The notes: generated by a model from the sequence alone, not told the origin. 64,000 bases of DNA from an uncultured Holophagales bacterium (GCA_963842525.1 CAWJGT010000009.1:992001-1056000); one strand, 5' to 3'. Positions 20,311 to 32,734 are shown, counted from the stretch's first letter. Made by a program: numbers and translations.

Positions 20311-21333
20311 ATGGAAGCGTTCCGGACGACCGAGGGCGGTTTGGACGAAGGGCCGGTCGGCGGGGTCATCGACTGTGCCGGCTATGTCGGCGGCCGGCGG
20401 GTCGCCAGTCTCGAGATCGGCGGCGCGCGGGAGTTCATGGCCGGCGATCCGGCGCGCTTTGTCTGGATCGGCCTCTACGAGCCTGGCGAGGAGCTGCTGC
20501 GCGAGGTGCAGCTCGAGTTCGGGCTCCACGACCTCGCCATCGAAGACGCCCACAGCGCCCATCAGCGGCCCAAGGTCGAGCTCTACCAGGACTCTCTTTT
20601 CGTCGTCCTGAGGACCGCCCGGCTGGTGGAGGGGCGGCGGATCGATCTCGGCGAGACCCACATCTTCCTCGGTCCGCAGTACGTCGTCACCGTCCGGCAC
20701 GGGTCGCTGCGGTCGCACAGCGGCCTGCGGGCGCGCTGCGAAGCGGCGCCGCGGCTGCTCATCAAGGGACCGGCGTACGTCCTCTATGCGCTCATGGACT
20801 TCGTGGTCGACCAGTACCTGCCGATCCTGGAAGCCCTGGACGACCGCCTGGAGGCGCTCGAAGCGCGCATCTTCGGCGACGCCCCGCAGCGGGGTACGAC
20901 CGCCGAGATCTACGATCTGAAGCGGCAGGTCCTGGTGCTTGAGCGCGCCGTAGCGCCGCTTGCCGAGATGTGCGCGCGGCTGACCCGCTTCGACCTCGAC
21001 CTGGTGCCGGCCGACACCCAGCCCTACTTCCGCGACGTGTTGGACCAGGTGGTGCGCATCCAGGAGACCCTCGGCAACTTCCGTGAGCTTCTGACCTCGG
21101 CTCTGGACGCCAACCTGGCGCTGCTCTCCGTCTCCCAGAACGAGGACGTCAAGCGCCTCGCAGCCTGGGCGGCGATCCTGGCCGTGCCGACGATGGTGGC
21201 CGGCCTCTACGGCATGAACTTCCGCTTCATGCCCGAGCTCCAGTGGCAGTGGGGCTATCCGCTCGTCCTCGCCGGCATGGCGGCGGTCTGCACCGGGCTC
21301 TGGGTCGGCTTCCGCCGTTCCGGCTGGCTGTGA
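20311..21333 (+). CDS. corA: CorA Mg/Co transporter
   Basis: FGLHDLAIED, HQRPK, PTMVAGLYGMNF, MPEL. Confidence 0.93.
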   Translation: MEAFRTTEGGLDEGPVGGVIDCAGYVGGRRVASLEIGGAREFMAGDPARFVWIGLYEPGEELLREVQLEFGLHDLAIEDAHSAHQRPKVELYQDSLFVVLRTARLVEGRRIDLGETHIFLGPQYVVTVRHGSLRSHSGLRARCEAAPRLLIKGPAYVLYALMDFVVDQYLPILEALDDRLEALEARIFGDAPQRGTTAEIYDLKRQVLVLERAVAPLAEMCARLTRFDLDLVPADTQPYFRDVLDQVVRIQETLGNFRELLTSALDANLALLSVSQNEDVKRLAAWAAILAVPTMVAGLYGMNFRFMPELQWQWGYPLVLAGMAAVCTGLWVGFRRSGWL

Positions 21334-21497
21334 GCCGCGGAGCGGGCGTCCTCTGGAGAGGTCGCTCCTGTGCCGGTTCGTGGAGGCTTCCGAAGGGTTT
21401 TTCGAGCTGTCTCCCTCTATCCCGCGGCAGGCATTCCGCTTGCAATCCCGGCTCGCCAGCAGGTCCGGATCCTTTGAAAGGGTAAGGGAGGAAGGTC

Positions 21498-22244
21498 ATG
21501 AACAAAAAGGTTTTAGGATGGATAGTGACGAGTGGATTGATGGCGGCGGGCAGTCTGTCGGCTCAGCCTTTGAACGATCTGCAGGCGCGCCTCGCCGAGC
21601 TGCGCAACGACCGGCCGATCCGTCTCAACGTGGACGTCGTGCTGGAGCACAAGGGCAGGGCTCCTCTGCACGCGAATGACTCCAGGCAGCATGGAAAGGC
21701 CGTCGTCGTCTTTGGCCGGCACGGCGCGGAGGTGCGGGAGCAGAGGTGGACGAAGAGGTCGTCACGTTTTTCGCTCTGGCGCAAGGCGAAGAACGTCGAC
21801 ACGGAGACCTCGCTGGTCGACGAGTCCGAGGCCGGCGACCTGGTCGATCCGGTCGCCGCCATGGAGCTCCTCCTGCGCGACGCCACCCTGCTGTCCGACG
21901 AAGAGGTGACCTGGCAAGGGCAGCCGGCGCGCCTGCTGGTGATCCGGCCCGGCCTGCTCGCGTCCGAGCAGAAGGGGAAGAAGGATGACGGGGATGGCCC
22001 TGCGCGCTTCAACCTCGAAGCGAAGATCTGGCTGGACGGCGACGGCTCTCCCTTGGCTCTGGAGCGCTGGGTCGAAATCCGGCTCGGGCCAGTCCTGACG
22101 ACGACGACGCACCAGACCCTCACGTTCCAACAGGTCGACGGGCGCCTGCTCGTCGATGAAGCCGAAGAGAGCTTCTCCGGCAAGGCGCTGGCGATGCTGA
22201 ATGGCGAGGACGTGAAGAGGATGAAGGTCACCGTGGCCCGCTGA
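21498..22244 (+). CDS. Secreted hypothetical protein
   Basis: Signal peptide MNKKVLGWIVTSGLMAAGSLSAQ; GGAGG RBS. Confidence 0.75.
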   Translation: MNKKVLGWIVTSGLMAAGSLSAQPLNDLQARLAELRNDRPIRLNVDVVLEHKGRAPLHANDSRQHGKAVVVFGRHGAEVREQRWTKRSSRFSLWRKAKNVDTETSLVDESEAGDLVDPVAAMELLLRDATLLSDEEVTWQGQPARLLVIRPGLLASEQKGKKDDGDGPARFNLEAKIWLDGDGSPLALERWVEIRLGPVLTTTTHQTLTFQQVDGRLLVDEAEESFSGKALAMLNGEDVKRMKVTVAR

Positions 22245-22382
22245 CGAAGGCCCCCGGTCCCGCGACCCCCCTGTGCTATCCTTCCGTGCAAGGAAGGGGG
22301 CGGGGGTCGCGCTTCCTTCTTGCCTTTTGCCCGGGATGCGGAATAGGATTTTCCGGAGAAACGATCCGAAAGGGAGCATGCC

Positions 22383-23180
22383 ATGAGCCAGCCAGCCGTC
22401 GCGGCGCTCGCGCCTCTGCCCTTCGAGCTCGTCTACGACGACGGAGAGCCTTTGGAGACCGAATGGCATACCTGGGAGCTTCCCCTGCTCCGGGAGCTGA
22501 TCTGCCAGGTCATGGAGGAGCAGGGACGGACCGACTTCTATGCCGGCATGAACATGTTCGTCTACTACTCGGTGGAGCAGGCGCGGGAGGTGGCGTTGGA
22601 GGTGAGGGAGGGGAAGAAGCCGCGAACTGCCTTCCGGGGTCCGGACGTCTTCTGGGTGGGCGGCATCAGCCGGCGCAAGCGGCAGGCCTGGGTGTCGTGG
22701 GAGGAGGGGGGGCGCCTTCCGGACCTCATCGTCGAGATGGCGTCCCAATCGACCGCGGAGATCGACCGCACCGTCAAGAAGGATCTTTACGCGCGGGTCT
22801 TCCGGACGAAGGAGTACTTCATCTACGACCCGAAGGCGGGCGATCTGGAAGGCTTCGATCTGGCGCTCCGGGCCTATCAGCCGAAGGTTCCCGATGAGCA
22901 GGGGCGGCTCTGGAGCGCACAGCTCAGAGCCTTCGTGGGCGTCTGGCACGGTGCAGTGAAGGATAAGGAGTACGACTGGGTCCGGCTGTTCCGTCCTGAT
23001 GGGAGCTTGGTGCCCACGGCGGACGAACGTGCTGAGGCAGAACGCGAGCGTGCCAAGGCGGCGGAGCAACGGGCCGGGACCGCCGAGCAACGGGCCGAGG
23101 CGGAACGCGAGCGGGCCGAAGCTGCGGAGGCCGAGCTGGCCCGTCTGCGGGCGCTGCTGGAAGTGTCAAAAATCCCCTGA
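22383..23180 (+). CDS. Uma2 (DUF820) family endonuclease-like protein
   Basis: DGEPLETEWH, FRGPDVF, PDLIVEMAS, EYFIYDP; C-terminal AEAERERA coiled coil. Confidence 0.88.
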   Translation: MSQPAVAALAPLPFELVYDDGEPLETEWHTWELPLLRELICQVMEEQGRTDFYAGMNMFVYYSVEQAREVALEVREGKKPRTAFRGPDVFWVGGISRRKRQAWVSWEEGGRLPDLIVEMASQSTAEIDRTVKKDLYARVFRTKEYFIYDPKAGDLEGFDLALRAYQPKVPDEQGRLWSAQLRAFVGVWHGAVKDKEYDWVRLFRPDGSLVPTADERAEAERERAKAAEQRAGTAEQRAEAERERAEAAEAELARLRALLEVSKIP

Positions 23181-24288
23181 AGATTTCCTTCGCGGCTGCG
23201 AGCTCGTCGAGCAGCGTCTGTATGGTCTCCGCGTCTTTCCCAACGAGGACGAAGCCGTACACCCCGGGCGTGCGCTCGAAGGCATAAATGGCCTCTCCTT
23301 CGCGGTCCACCCGGGCGGCGAGCGCTTGCGCTTCCGCCGCCGGCAGGACGCCGTGGGCGGCGAGCTCTTCACGTTCTCGGGATGGACCAGGAAGAGAGCA
23401 TTCAGGCGCGGGTATCTGCGGTAATCGGCGAGGATTCCCGGCTCGCTCCAGGCGGCCTCCTCGGAGTACATCGAGGCGACGTGCAGTGTCCGGCGCACGG
23501 ACCACCGCAGGCCGGTTCCAAGCCGGGCGTCGGACATCAGGTACATCTCGCTGAGGAGGAGCTGCGGGGCGGCGAGCGACGGGCCGAACGCGCTCTCGAG
23601 CGTCCGGAGATAGGTGTCCACGAAAAGGTTATCGAACAGCGTCCTGCCCTCTGCGAGCCAGCCGTCGAGTATCGGTAGGAGGGCCTTGCCCGCGCGATCG
23701 ATGTTTGGGTTGTTGTAGAAGGAGCCCTCTTTCGCTTGCCAGGCCGCGAAGCGTTCCGGCGCCATGACGGCGCGGCCGATCATGCCGTTGCCGAGAGCCG
23801 TGGCGAGCGCTTCGTTGAGCAGGTTGTAGGCGGCGATCGACGAGGCATGTCCCCTGACGAGGAAGCGCTTCTGGAGCTCGGCGAAGGCGGCGTCCGAGGG
23901 GCTGTCGAAGAGGAAATGGCAGAGCTCGTGGATCACCACATCGATCCGGTCTTCCGGCCGCTCGTCCGGCAGGAACTCGACGACCGACGTGCCCTCGACC
24001 TGCTGCCCGGAGGTGCTCGCTTCGCCCAGCCCCGGCCGCGCCATGAGAGAGATGCGGAGCAGTGAGCCGTCGAGCTCCGGGGCATAGAAACGCTCGATGC
24101 GTGCCAGCGCATTGGCGACTGCCGGAGCAGCGAGGAGCGCTTCGATGCTGCGGGCGAAAGGTGTCCCTCGGGGAAGGGCCTGGGACTTCCACCAGGTGTC
24201 GAAGGCGGCGGAGGTCGGCATGGGCAGCCTCGCTGGCCAGCACCAGGAGCATGAGAAGGATCAGGGCTCGAACGGCTCGCTGCGGCAT
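23166..24288 (-). pseudogene. Secreted HExxH metallopeptidase-like gene, frame-broken
   Basis: Signal peptide (MPQRAVRALILLMLLVLASEAAHA) in one frame, VIHELCH...NEALA in a second, and the tail (ELAAHGVL...) out of frame again after ~23370. Confidence 0.55.
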
Positions 24289-24368
24289 GGTGTTCCTCGT
24301 CTGGTTTCTTCCGAGAAGCGCACGATGATACCGCCCCGGCAACCGGCACGTTCGGCGGACCACTGGGA

Positions 24369-24756
24369 GCCACCGCAGTGAGCGTCCATGGTCCTGTGGT
24401 GGCTCCTGCCGGTGCCGCGGGACCGTTGCGCGCCACCGCAGTGAGCGTCTATGGTCCCGTGGTGGCTCCTGCCGGTCCCGCGGGACCGTTGCGCGCCACC
24501 GCAGTGAGCGTCTATGGTCCCGTGGTGGCTCCTGCCGGTCCCGCGGGACCACTGCGCGCCACCGCAGTGAGCGTCTATGGTCCCGTGGTGACTCCTGCCG
24601 GTCCCGCGGGACCGTTGCGCGCCACCGCAGTGAGCGTCCATGGTCCTGTGGTGAATCCCGCCGGTCCCGCGGGACCGCTGCGCGCCACCGCAGGGAGCAT
24701 CCATGGTCCCGTGGTGAATCCTGTCGGTCCCGCGGGACCACTGCGTGCCACCGCAG
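24369..24756. repeat. 63-bp tandem repeat, 6 copies plus a partial
   Basis: Unit GCCACCGCAGTGAGCGTCYATGGTCCYGTGGTGGCTCCTGCCGGTCCCGCGGGACCGTTGCGC starting at 24369, 24432, 24495, 24558, 24621, 24684. Confidence 0.95.
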
Positions 24757-24799
24757 GTGTGGAGGTAACGCCCCCGGGGTGGGCGGCGAGCGCGGCGCC

Positions 24800-24905
24800 C
24801 CGCCCGGCGATGAATCGCCGGGCTAGGAATGGCGCCCCATGAATGGGGCTTTGAAGCCGGGTTTACCCGGCGCTGTTCCTAGCCCGGGCATTCATGCCCG
24901 GGCGG
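24800..24905. repeat. Family B-like REP doublet overlapping the NRPS stop codon
   Basis: CCGCCCGGCGATGAATCGCCGGGCTAGGAA ... TTCCTAGCCCGGGCATTCATGCCCGGGCGG inverted pair with inner hairpin GCCCCATGAATGGGGC. Confidence 0.75.
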
Positions 24906-27900
24906 CAGGGCGCCACCGGCGTCGCTCCCGCGCCTCCCGCCGCGTCTGGATGCGCTGGTCGATCGACGCGGAAGGCTCTTCACCGCCCTCGCCGGCGGCC
25001 AGGTGACGGGCGAGGGCGCCGACGGTGGGGTGGCGGAAGAGGTCGACCATGGAGAGGTCGCGGCCGAGGACGGCACGCAGACGGCTGTGGACCTGGGCGA
25101 CGGCGAGCGAGGTGCCACCCAATTCGAAGAAGTTGTCCTGGACGCCCACGCGCTCGGCGTTCAGGACCTCCTGCCAGACGGCGGCGATCTTCCGTTCGAT
25201 CTCGTTGCGGGGCGGGACCCAGGCTGCTCCCGTGGCCAGGCGGCCGGCCTCTGGAGCGGGCAGGGCGCGGCGGTCGAGCTTGCCGTTCGGGGTGAGCGGC
25301 AGCCGCTCCAGGGGGACGAAGGCGGAGGGGACCATGGGCTCGGGCAGCCGGTCCAGGAGGAAGGCGCGCAGGTCTCCCACCGAGGGGACGGCGGAATCCC
25401 GTGGCACGAGCCAGGCGATCAGGCGGTCCTCTCCCGCAGCGCGCCGGACGGCCACGGCGCAGTCGGCGACCGCGGGATGGAGACGCAGCGCCTCTTCGAC
25501 CTCGCCGGGCTCGATGCGCACCCCGCGGACCTTGACCTGCTGGTCGAGACGGCCGCGGAACTCCAGAGTCCCGTCCGCCAGGTGCCGGCCCAGGTCGCCC
25601 GTGCGATAGAGGCGCGCGCCGGGAATCTCCGAGAAAGGATCGGGGACGAACCGCTCGGCGGTCAGCTCCGGACGGTCCAGGTAGCCGCGGGCCACCCCGG
25701 CGCCGCCGATCACCAGCTCGCCGAGGCTCCCGGCCGGCATCGGCCGCAGCTCCCGGTCCACGGCCTGGATGACAGTGTTGGCGATCGGCCGGCCGAGCGG
25801 CGCTGCACCACCAACCGTGCCAGGCGCCTCTCCCATCCAGGTCGCGGACCATACGGTCGTCTCCGTCGGCCCGTACATGTTGCTGACGCCGCCCGGAAGG
25901 CGGGGTAGCCTCTCCAGCAGGGCCGGCGGCAGCGCCTCGCCGCCGAGAAGGAGGGTGTGCAGGGAGCCGAGCGCAGCCAGCGACTCCGGGTCCGCCGCAA
26001 GCATCCCGGCCAGGGTCGGGGTGCATTGGAGGTGGGTGACGCCATGGCGGCGGATCTGCTCCGCGATGGTCACAGCCTCCTCGACCTCCTCCGCGGGATC
26101 TTCCTGCCGGGCCGTTGGCTCGGGCCGGCTGCGGCGGCGGACCTCGTCGAGGAGCTCCAGGCTGGCGAGCACGCGGCCGGTGTCGACGCCGAAATCGATC
26201 AGGCAGGCGACCTCGTCGACGCCGATCTCCGCCAGCCGGGCGACGGTCCGCAGGCAGCTCTCAGGGGTGCCCATCAGGCCGGCGGTCTCGAAGTAGCGCT
26301 CGAAGGCGTGCTCCAGCAGCGCGTCCATCTCCTCCGTGCCCAGCGCCTCCAGGTCCGTGCCCTGATTGCCGAGCGTGCGGGCAAGGTCGCGGATCAGCCC
26401 GAGCGAGCTGCGGAGATAGCGCTTCATCGGCGCGCGCACGGTCTCGCGCACCTCGTCGAGGCTCTCGCCGACGAACGTGTGGAGCATCAGGGAGACCGTC
26501 CCCGGCCCGCCGTCGCAGAGCCGACGGGCCTCGCGGTAGACCGCGATCTTCTCGGCCAGCTCCTCGAGGCTCTGCCCCAGGAGATGCGTGAGGAGGTTCG
26601 CCCCGGCCTCGCCGGCGGCCTGGAAGGTCTCGGGGCTTCCGGCCGCGGTCACCCAGACGGGGAGCTCCGGCTGGACCGGCCGGGGGAGGATCGAGACATC
26701 GACAGGGTTGCCGGCGCCGTCCGGCACCCGGACCGACTCGCCGCGCCACAGCCGCCGCACAATGTCGATGCCGCGGAGCATGGTGTCGCGGCGATCCTCA
26801 TAGCTCCCGGGCGCCAGGACGAAGTCGTTGGTGTGCCAGCCCGAAGCGAAAGAGATCCCCACCCGGCCGTGCGACAGGTTGTCGACCAGAGACCACTCCT
26901 CGGCCACCCGGATCGGGTTATGGAGGGGGAGGACGACGCTGCCGGCCCGGATCTGCACCCGCTCGGTGACTGCCGCGATGGCGGCCCCGGTCACCGACGG
27001 ATTGGGATAGAGGCCGCCAAAGGCATGGAAGTGCCGCTCCGGGGTCCAGACCGCGGTAAAGCCGCGGGCATCGGCGATTTTCGCCCCTTCGAGCAGCAGG
27101 CGGTAGAGGTCGCCGCTGCCGTTCTCGGCCGCCGCGAAGTAGAAGAGGCTGAAGTCGATCTCTCGCGCCGCGGCCTGCGAGACCGGTTGGATCGGCAGCG
27201 TGGGCGTTGCGGCCGGCCGGTCGGGATGGACCACGACGGTGAAGCCGCGGGTTAGGGTCCAGAGCAGCTCGAGGACCGAGATGTCGAAGGAGACGCTGGT
27301 CACGGCGAGCCACGTTCCAGGAGAGGTGCCAGGCGATTCGCGGCGACCCTCCGGACACAGCGCGGCGTCCATGCCGGCGAAGAAGCTGAGGACGTTCCGG
27401 TGGGTGACGGCGACGCCTTTGGGTCGCCCGGTGGAGCCGGAGGTGTAGAGGAGGTAGGCGGCGGTGGATCTCTCACCCCCCGGCCCTCCGATCGCCCCGG
27501 GTTTACACCCGGGGCTACCCAGTTCCGCCCTCCGGGCTCTCGAACCCTGGGCACTACGACCGCCATTCTCCTGAGCCCGGAGGGCGACATTCGGTAGCCC
27601 AGGGTGTGAACCCTGGGCGAGGGTTTCGGGGATCCCTGGAAATCTTCCCGCAGTCCGGGGATCAACCACGACGGCTGCCAGGCCGGCATCCTCCACCAGC
27701 CAGGCGAGCCTCTCGGCGGGCCAGGTCGGGTCGAGGGGGACGTAGGCGCCTCCGGCTTCGAGCACTCCGAGGAGGGCGACGACCAGGTCGGCCGAGCGGT
27801 GGAGCGAGATTCCGACCCGGCTCTCGGGTCCGATCCCCAAGGAGCGCAGGTGTGCGGCGAGAGCACGGGATCGGTCCAGCAGCTCCCGGTAGGTGAGGCG

Positions 27901-30900
27901 TGTGCTGCCGGCGATAATGGCCTCGACGTCGGGCGTGCGCGCTACCTGCTCCTCGACGAGGCGGTGGATCGTCGCCGCCTGCGTCTGTGTGGCGGCGGTG
28001 TCGTTCCATTCCAGGAGCCGCCGATGCCGCTCGGCCTCGGTCTCCAGGGGAAGATCCGCGACCGATTGCTCGGGAGTGGCGAGAATCCCCGCGATCAACG
28101 TCCGGAGCTGAAGCGCCCACCGCTGGACCGTCGGCGGGTCGAACAGGTCGGTGTTGTATTCGAAGCGCCCGCCGATCTCCTCCGTTCCCTCGACGAGGTC
28201 GAGCGTCAGGTCGTAGCGCGCCGCGCCGCTTCCCACCTCCAGCGGACGCAGGCTCAGGCCCGGAAGGTCCAGGCTGCTGCGCGGGGTGTTCTGGAGGGAG
28301 AACATCACCTGGAACAGGGGCGGCCGGCTGAGGTCGCGCTCGGGCTTCAGCTCCTCGACCAGCCGTTCGAAGGGCAGCTCCTGGTGGAAGAGCGCGCCCA
28401 GGGTGACCTCGCGGACGCGGCGCAGGGCTTCGGCGAAACTCGGCCGCCCGGACAGATCTGTGCGTAGCACCAGCATGTTGGTGAAGAGCCCGATCAGCGG
28501 CTCGGCTTCGGCCGATCCGAGGCCGGCCACGGGGGAGCCGGCGGTCACGTCCTCGCGGCCGGTGAGACGGTGGAGAAGGATCTGGAAGGCCGCGAGGAGG
28601 GTCATGAAGAGCGTGGCCCCGGTGCGCTGGGCGAGCGCCCGCAGGCCTTCCGTCTCGTCGCGGCCGAGCGCGAAGGGGACCGAAGCGCCGCGCCAGGTCT
28701 GGACCGGCGGCCGAGGGCGGTCCGCCGGCAGGTCCAAAGGCGCGAGGTCGCCCGCGAGCTGGCGGCGCCAGTAGTCGAGCTGGGCTTCGAGGATGTCGCC
28801 CTGGAGCCAGCGGCGCTGCCAGGCGGAGAAATCGGCGTACTGGATCGGCAGATCCGGCAAGGGGGACGGCCGGCCTGCGGCGATGGCGGGGTAGAGAGCG
28901 CCAAGCTCGCGAAGCAGGACCCCCATCGACCAGCCGTCGGCGACGATGTGATGGAAGGTGAGGAGGAAGACGGCGCCCCCCCGGCTCTGCACGACCAGCA
29001 GGGCCCTCCAGAGCGGACCGCCCGCCAGGTCGAACGGCCGGACAGACTCGATCGCTGCGAGGCGCCGCGATTCGGCTTCCCGCAGCTCCTCCGGGAGAAT
29101 GGAGAGATCGATTCGTGGAAGGGGCCGCTTCGACGGCGGATGGACCTCCTGGGTGGCTCGGCCGTCCACCGCCGGGAAGGTGGTGCGCAGCACCTCATGC
29201 CGGCGCTCGATCTCGCCGAGGGTGGCTTCCAGGACTGCGATGTTCAGGGTGCCGGTAAGCTGGACCGCGAGCGGTACGTTGTAGGCGGCGGTGCCGGGAT
29301 CGATCCGGTCGAGGAACCAGAGGCGCTGCTGGGCGAACGAGAGGAGGCGCTCCTCGCCGGGGGACACGGGCCGCAGCGGGGGAGGCGAGCCGGCGCCGGC
29401 CTCAGCGGCCTCGATGGCCTCCAGGATGCCCGCGAGCCCGGCCGGCGTAGGGCTCTCGAAGAGCTGCCGCAGCGGCAGAGGCACGGCGAATTTCTCGCGC
29501 AGGCGGGCGGCCAGGCGGCTGGCGAGGAGCGAGTGGCCGCCGAGCGCGAAGAAATCGTCATGGGCTCCCACCTGCTCGACGCCGAGGAGGTCGGCGAAGA
29601 GGCTGGCCACCGTCTCCTCGGCCGGCGTCCGCGGAGACACATACCCATGCCGTTCCATGGCCTCGCTGGGCTCCAGGCGGGCCAGCGCGCGGCGGTCCAC
29701 CTTGCCGTTCGGGGTGAGAGGCATCCGTTCTAGGAGAAGCCAGGCCGAAGGCACCATGGGCTCGGGGAGCCGTTCCTTCAAATGAGCGCGCAGGATCCCC
29801 GGGGTGGCGTCCGTGCCCTTCGGCACCACACAGGCCACCAGCCGCCGGTCGCCCGGTGAGACCTCGCGGGCCAGGACGGCGGCTTCGCGCACCGCGGGGT
29901 GGCTGGCGAGCGCCGCTTCGATCTCTCCCAGCTCGATCCGCACGCCGCGGACCTTCACCTGCTCGTCGAGCCCGGCCGAGGAAGTCGATCGCGCCGTCCG
30001 GCCGCCAGCGGGCGAGGTCGCCGGTCGCATAGAGCCGGCCTCCCGCGTCCTCCGGTCCGGCGAAAGGATCGGGGACGAAGCTCTCGGCCGTGAGGTCCGG
30101 CCGGCCGCGGTAGCCGCGTGCCAGCCCGATGCCGCCGACATGGAGCTTCTCCGGGGACGCCGATCGGGACCGGGTGCAGGGAGCGGTCCAGGAGCCGGAC
30201 CTGGAGGTTGGAGATCGGGCGGCCGATCGGCGGGTTGATCGCTCCAGTGGGAACGGGGCCGGCGGTGGTGACCACGGTGCTCTCGGTGGGGCCGTAGTGG
30301 TTGACCAGGTGGATGGGAAGGTCGGGGCCGCGGTGGAGGCGGTCGCCTCCGGTGAGGAGAACCTCACCCCCTGTCCCCCTCTCCCATCGCCCCCCCTGCC
30401 ACCGGGAGAGGGGGAACGCGGGCGATGCCATGAGGGCTTCGGCGAGCGGGGTGGGAATGAAGGCGTGGGTGATGCGCTTGCGGACCAGGAGATCGGCCAG
30501 GGCCTCGGGATCGAGAGAGACCTCGGTGGGGACGAGATGGACCTCGGCTCCGGCGGCGAGATAGGGCCAGATTTCCCAGACCGAGGCGTCGAAGCCCAGA
30601 CCGGCGAGCTGCGTGGCGCGATCGCCCGGCCTTACCTGGTAGGTCTGGAGGTGCCAGGTGATTAAATTGGCGAGGCCGGCGTGGGTGATCTCGACGCCTT
30701 TGGGCGTCCCGGTCGATCCGGAGGTGTAGATCACGTAGGCCAGGGAGCGGGGATCGAGATTGGTCTCTGATACCTGGCCTTCGAGCCCGTCCTCCAGGTC
30801 CGTCAGAACCGTGGCTGCGTCCGCATCCTCCAGAATGACCGCCGCCCGCTCATCCGGGGTGCCGGGATCGAGAGGCAGATACGCCGCTCCGGCCAGGAGC

Positions 30901-32609
30901 ACGCCGAGCAGGCTGCAGACCATCTCCGGCGACCGCTCCATGCGGATGGCGACGACCGACTCGGGGCCGATCCCTGTACCGCGCAGGTGCTGCGCCAGGG
31001 CCGAGGCCCGCTGGTACAGCTCGGCATAGGTGAGCGAGCGGCCATCCATCGCCACCGCAGTGGCCCCGGGGGTCCGGGCCGCCCAGACCGCGACACGCTG
31101 GTGGACGAGAAGCGTCCCAGGCTCGCGAATCGTGTCGTTCCACTCCACCCGGACCTGCTGCTCTTCCGCCTCGCTCTGCAGAGCCAGGTCCGAGAGGCGT
31201 CGATCGGCGCTGGCGTCCGCAAGCAGAGTCTCGAGATAGCCGAGCATCCGTTGCACCGTCGCCCGTTCGAACAGGCCGGCGCTGCCATCGAAGGAAAGGA
31301 AGAGCCCATCGGCGGTCTCGGCGGCCGTGAGGGTGAGGTCATACATGGCGCCCACATCGCCGAACGGGACCTCTTCCAGGGGGAGCGCCGGGCCTTGTGA
31401 TGAGGGGCCGGGGACGTTCTGGAACGCGAGCATCACCTGGAACAGCGGGGTCCGGGAGAGGTCCCTCTCCGGATGCAGCTCCTCGACCAGGCGCTCGAAG
31501 GGGACGTCCTGGTGCTCGAAAGCCCCGACCGCCGCCTCCCGCACGCGGCCGAGGAGCTCGCCGAACACGGGGTCGCCCGCCAGATCGGCGCGGACCGGCA
31601 GGCTGTTGACGAAGAACCCGATCAGCCGCTCGGTCTCTACCCGCTTGCGACCGGCCACCGGGGTGCCGACCGCGAATCCGGTCTGGCCGGTGATCCGGTG
31701 AAGCAGGGCCTGGAACGCGGCCATGAGAACCATGAAGAGCGTGGCGTCCGCCGCGTACCCCAGGGTCTTCAACCGTTCGAGGATCTCCGGCGAGACCGTG
31801 CCGGAGGCCCGGACCCCGCGATGATCCGGGACGGGCGGGCGCGGCAGATCGGTGGCCAGCTCCAGGACCGGCGGAGCCTCCCCCAGCCGTTGGCGCCACC
31901 AGGAGAGCTGAGACGCGAGGGTCTGTCCCTCCAGGGCCTGCCGTTGCCACTGCGCGAAATCAGCGTACTGGACCGGCAGCTCTGGAAGCGGCGAGGGGAG
32001 CCCCTGTGAGAAGGCACCGTAGAGGGCCGCGACCTCCTCTACCAGAAGGTTCATGGACCAGGCGTCCGACACGATGTGATGCATGGTGACGAGGAGCACC
32101 TGATCGTCCAGCCCCAGGCGGAGCAGCCGTACCCGGAGCAGCGGCCCCTGGGCCAGATCGAACGGAGCCCACGCCTCCTCGGCCGCGAGCCGCCGTACCT
32201 CATCCTCGGTCTCGGCCAGGCCCGAGAGGTCCACCAAGAGGATCGGCATCGGGCAGGGAGGCGCGATCCTCTGGGCCGCCTCCTGACCTTCCATCGCGAA
32301 CGTGGTCCGAAGCGTTTCGTGCCGCCGTGCAATGTCCGAGAACACCCGTGCCAGCACCGCCGGATCGAGGGCCGTCCGGATCCGCACCGCGATCGGCAGG
32401 TTCCAGGCCGTATTGCCGGGAGCGAGCTGATCCAGGAACCACAGCCGCTCCTGGGCGAACGAGAGGGGATAGGACGATGCATCCCGCGGCACCGGCACGA
32501 TCGGCGTCCGCGAAAGATCGATCCCTCCCTTGCGGGCTAGCAGGGCGAGAAGCTCGCGCTTTTTCGGATCGAGAGCGGCGAGGGTCTGGGCGAGATGAGA
32601 TTCAGACAC
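24892..32609 (-). CDS. NRPS C-A(Leu-like)-T-C-A(Gly, interrupted by a luciferase-like monooxygenase)-T; two +1 frameshifts (~30147, ~29972)
   Basis: HHIVSD and HHIVADG C domains; A codes read by eye as DAWFLGHVVK and DILQLGMVWK; T motifs GGHSL and GGTSL; LLM at ~26130-27160. Removing one base at each break restores PGELHVGG and FLGRLDEQVK. Confidence 0.9.
27494..27618. repeat. Family B palindromic element, in-frame just before the A3 motif of the Gly A domain
   Basis: GCCCCGGGTTTACACCCGGGGC..CGCCCTCCGGGCTC...GAGCCCGGAGGGCG..GCCCAGGGTGTGAACCCTGGGC; translated [16 protein letters not shown]...[10 protein letters not shown]. Confidence 0.8.
30362..30414. repeat. Family A palindromic element (half), in-frame within an A domain
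   Basis: CCTCACCCCCTGTCCCCCTCTCCCATC..CCGGGAGAGGGGG; translated [18 protein letters not shown] immediately before LLTGGD. Confidence 0.85.
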
Positions 32610-32734
32610 GGTGAGTCAGCAAGGGAGAAGCGCCAGAATATATACCGCGGTGACGTAGAGTCGGCAAACGGCCACCTACTCCGCAAGGGGGAACGCTACG
32701 CGGGGTCGCGCACGCCGTGCTCAGGGTCGCGCCG

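Noticed and set aside
23020-23140. AEAERERA/AEQRA repeats
   Set aside because: Ordinary coiled-coil tail of Uma2-family proteins.
24369-24756. CRISPR array
   Set aside because: The whole 63-bp unit repeats; there are no unique spacers and no cas genes.
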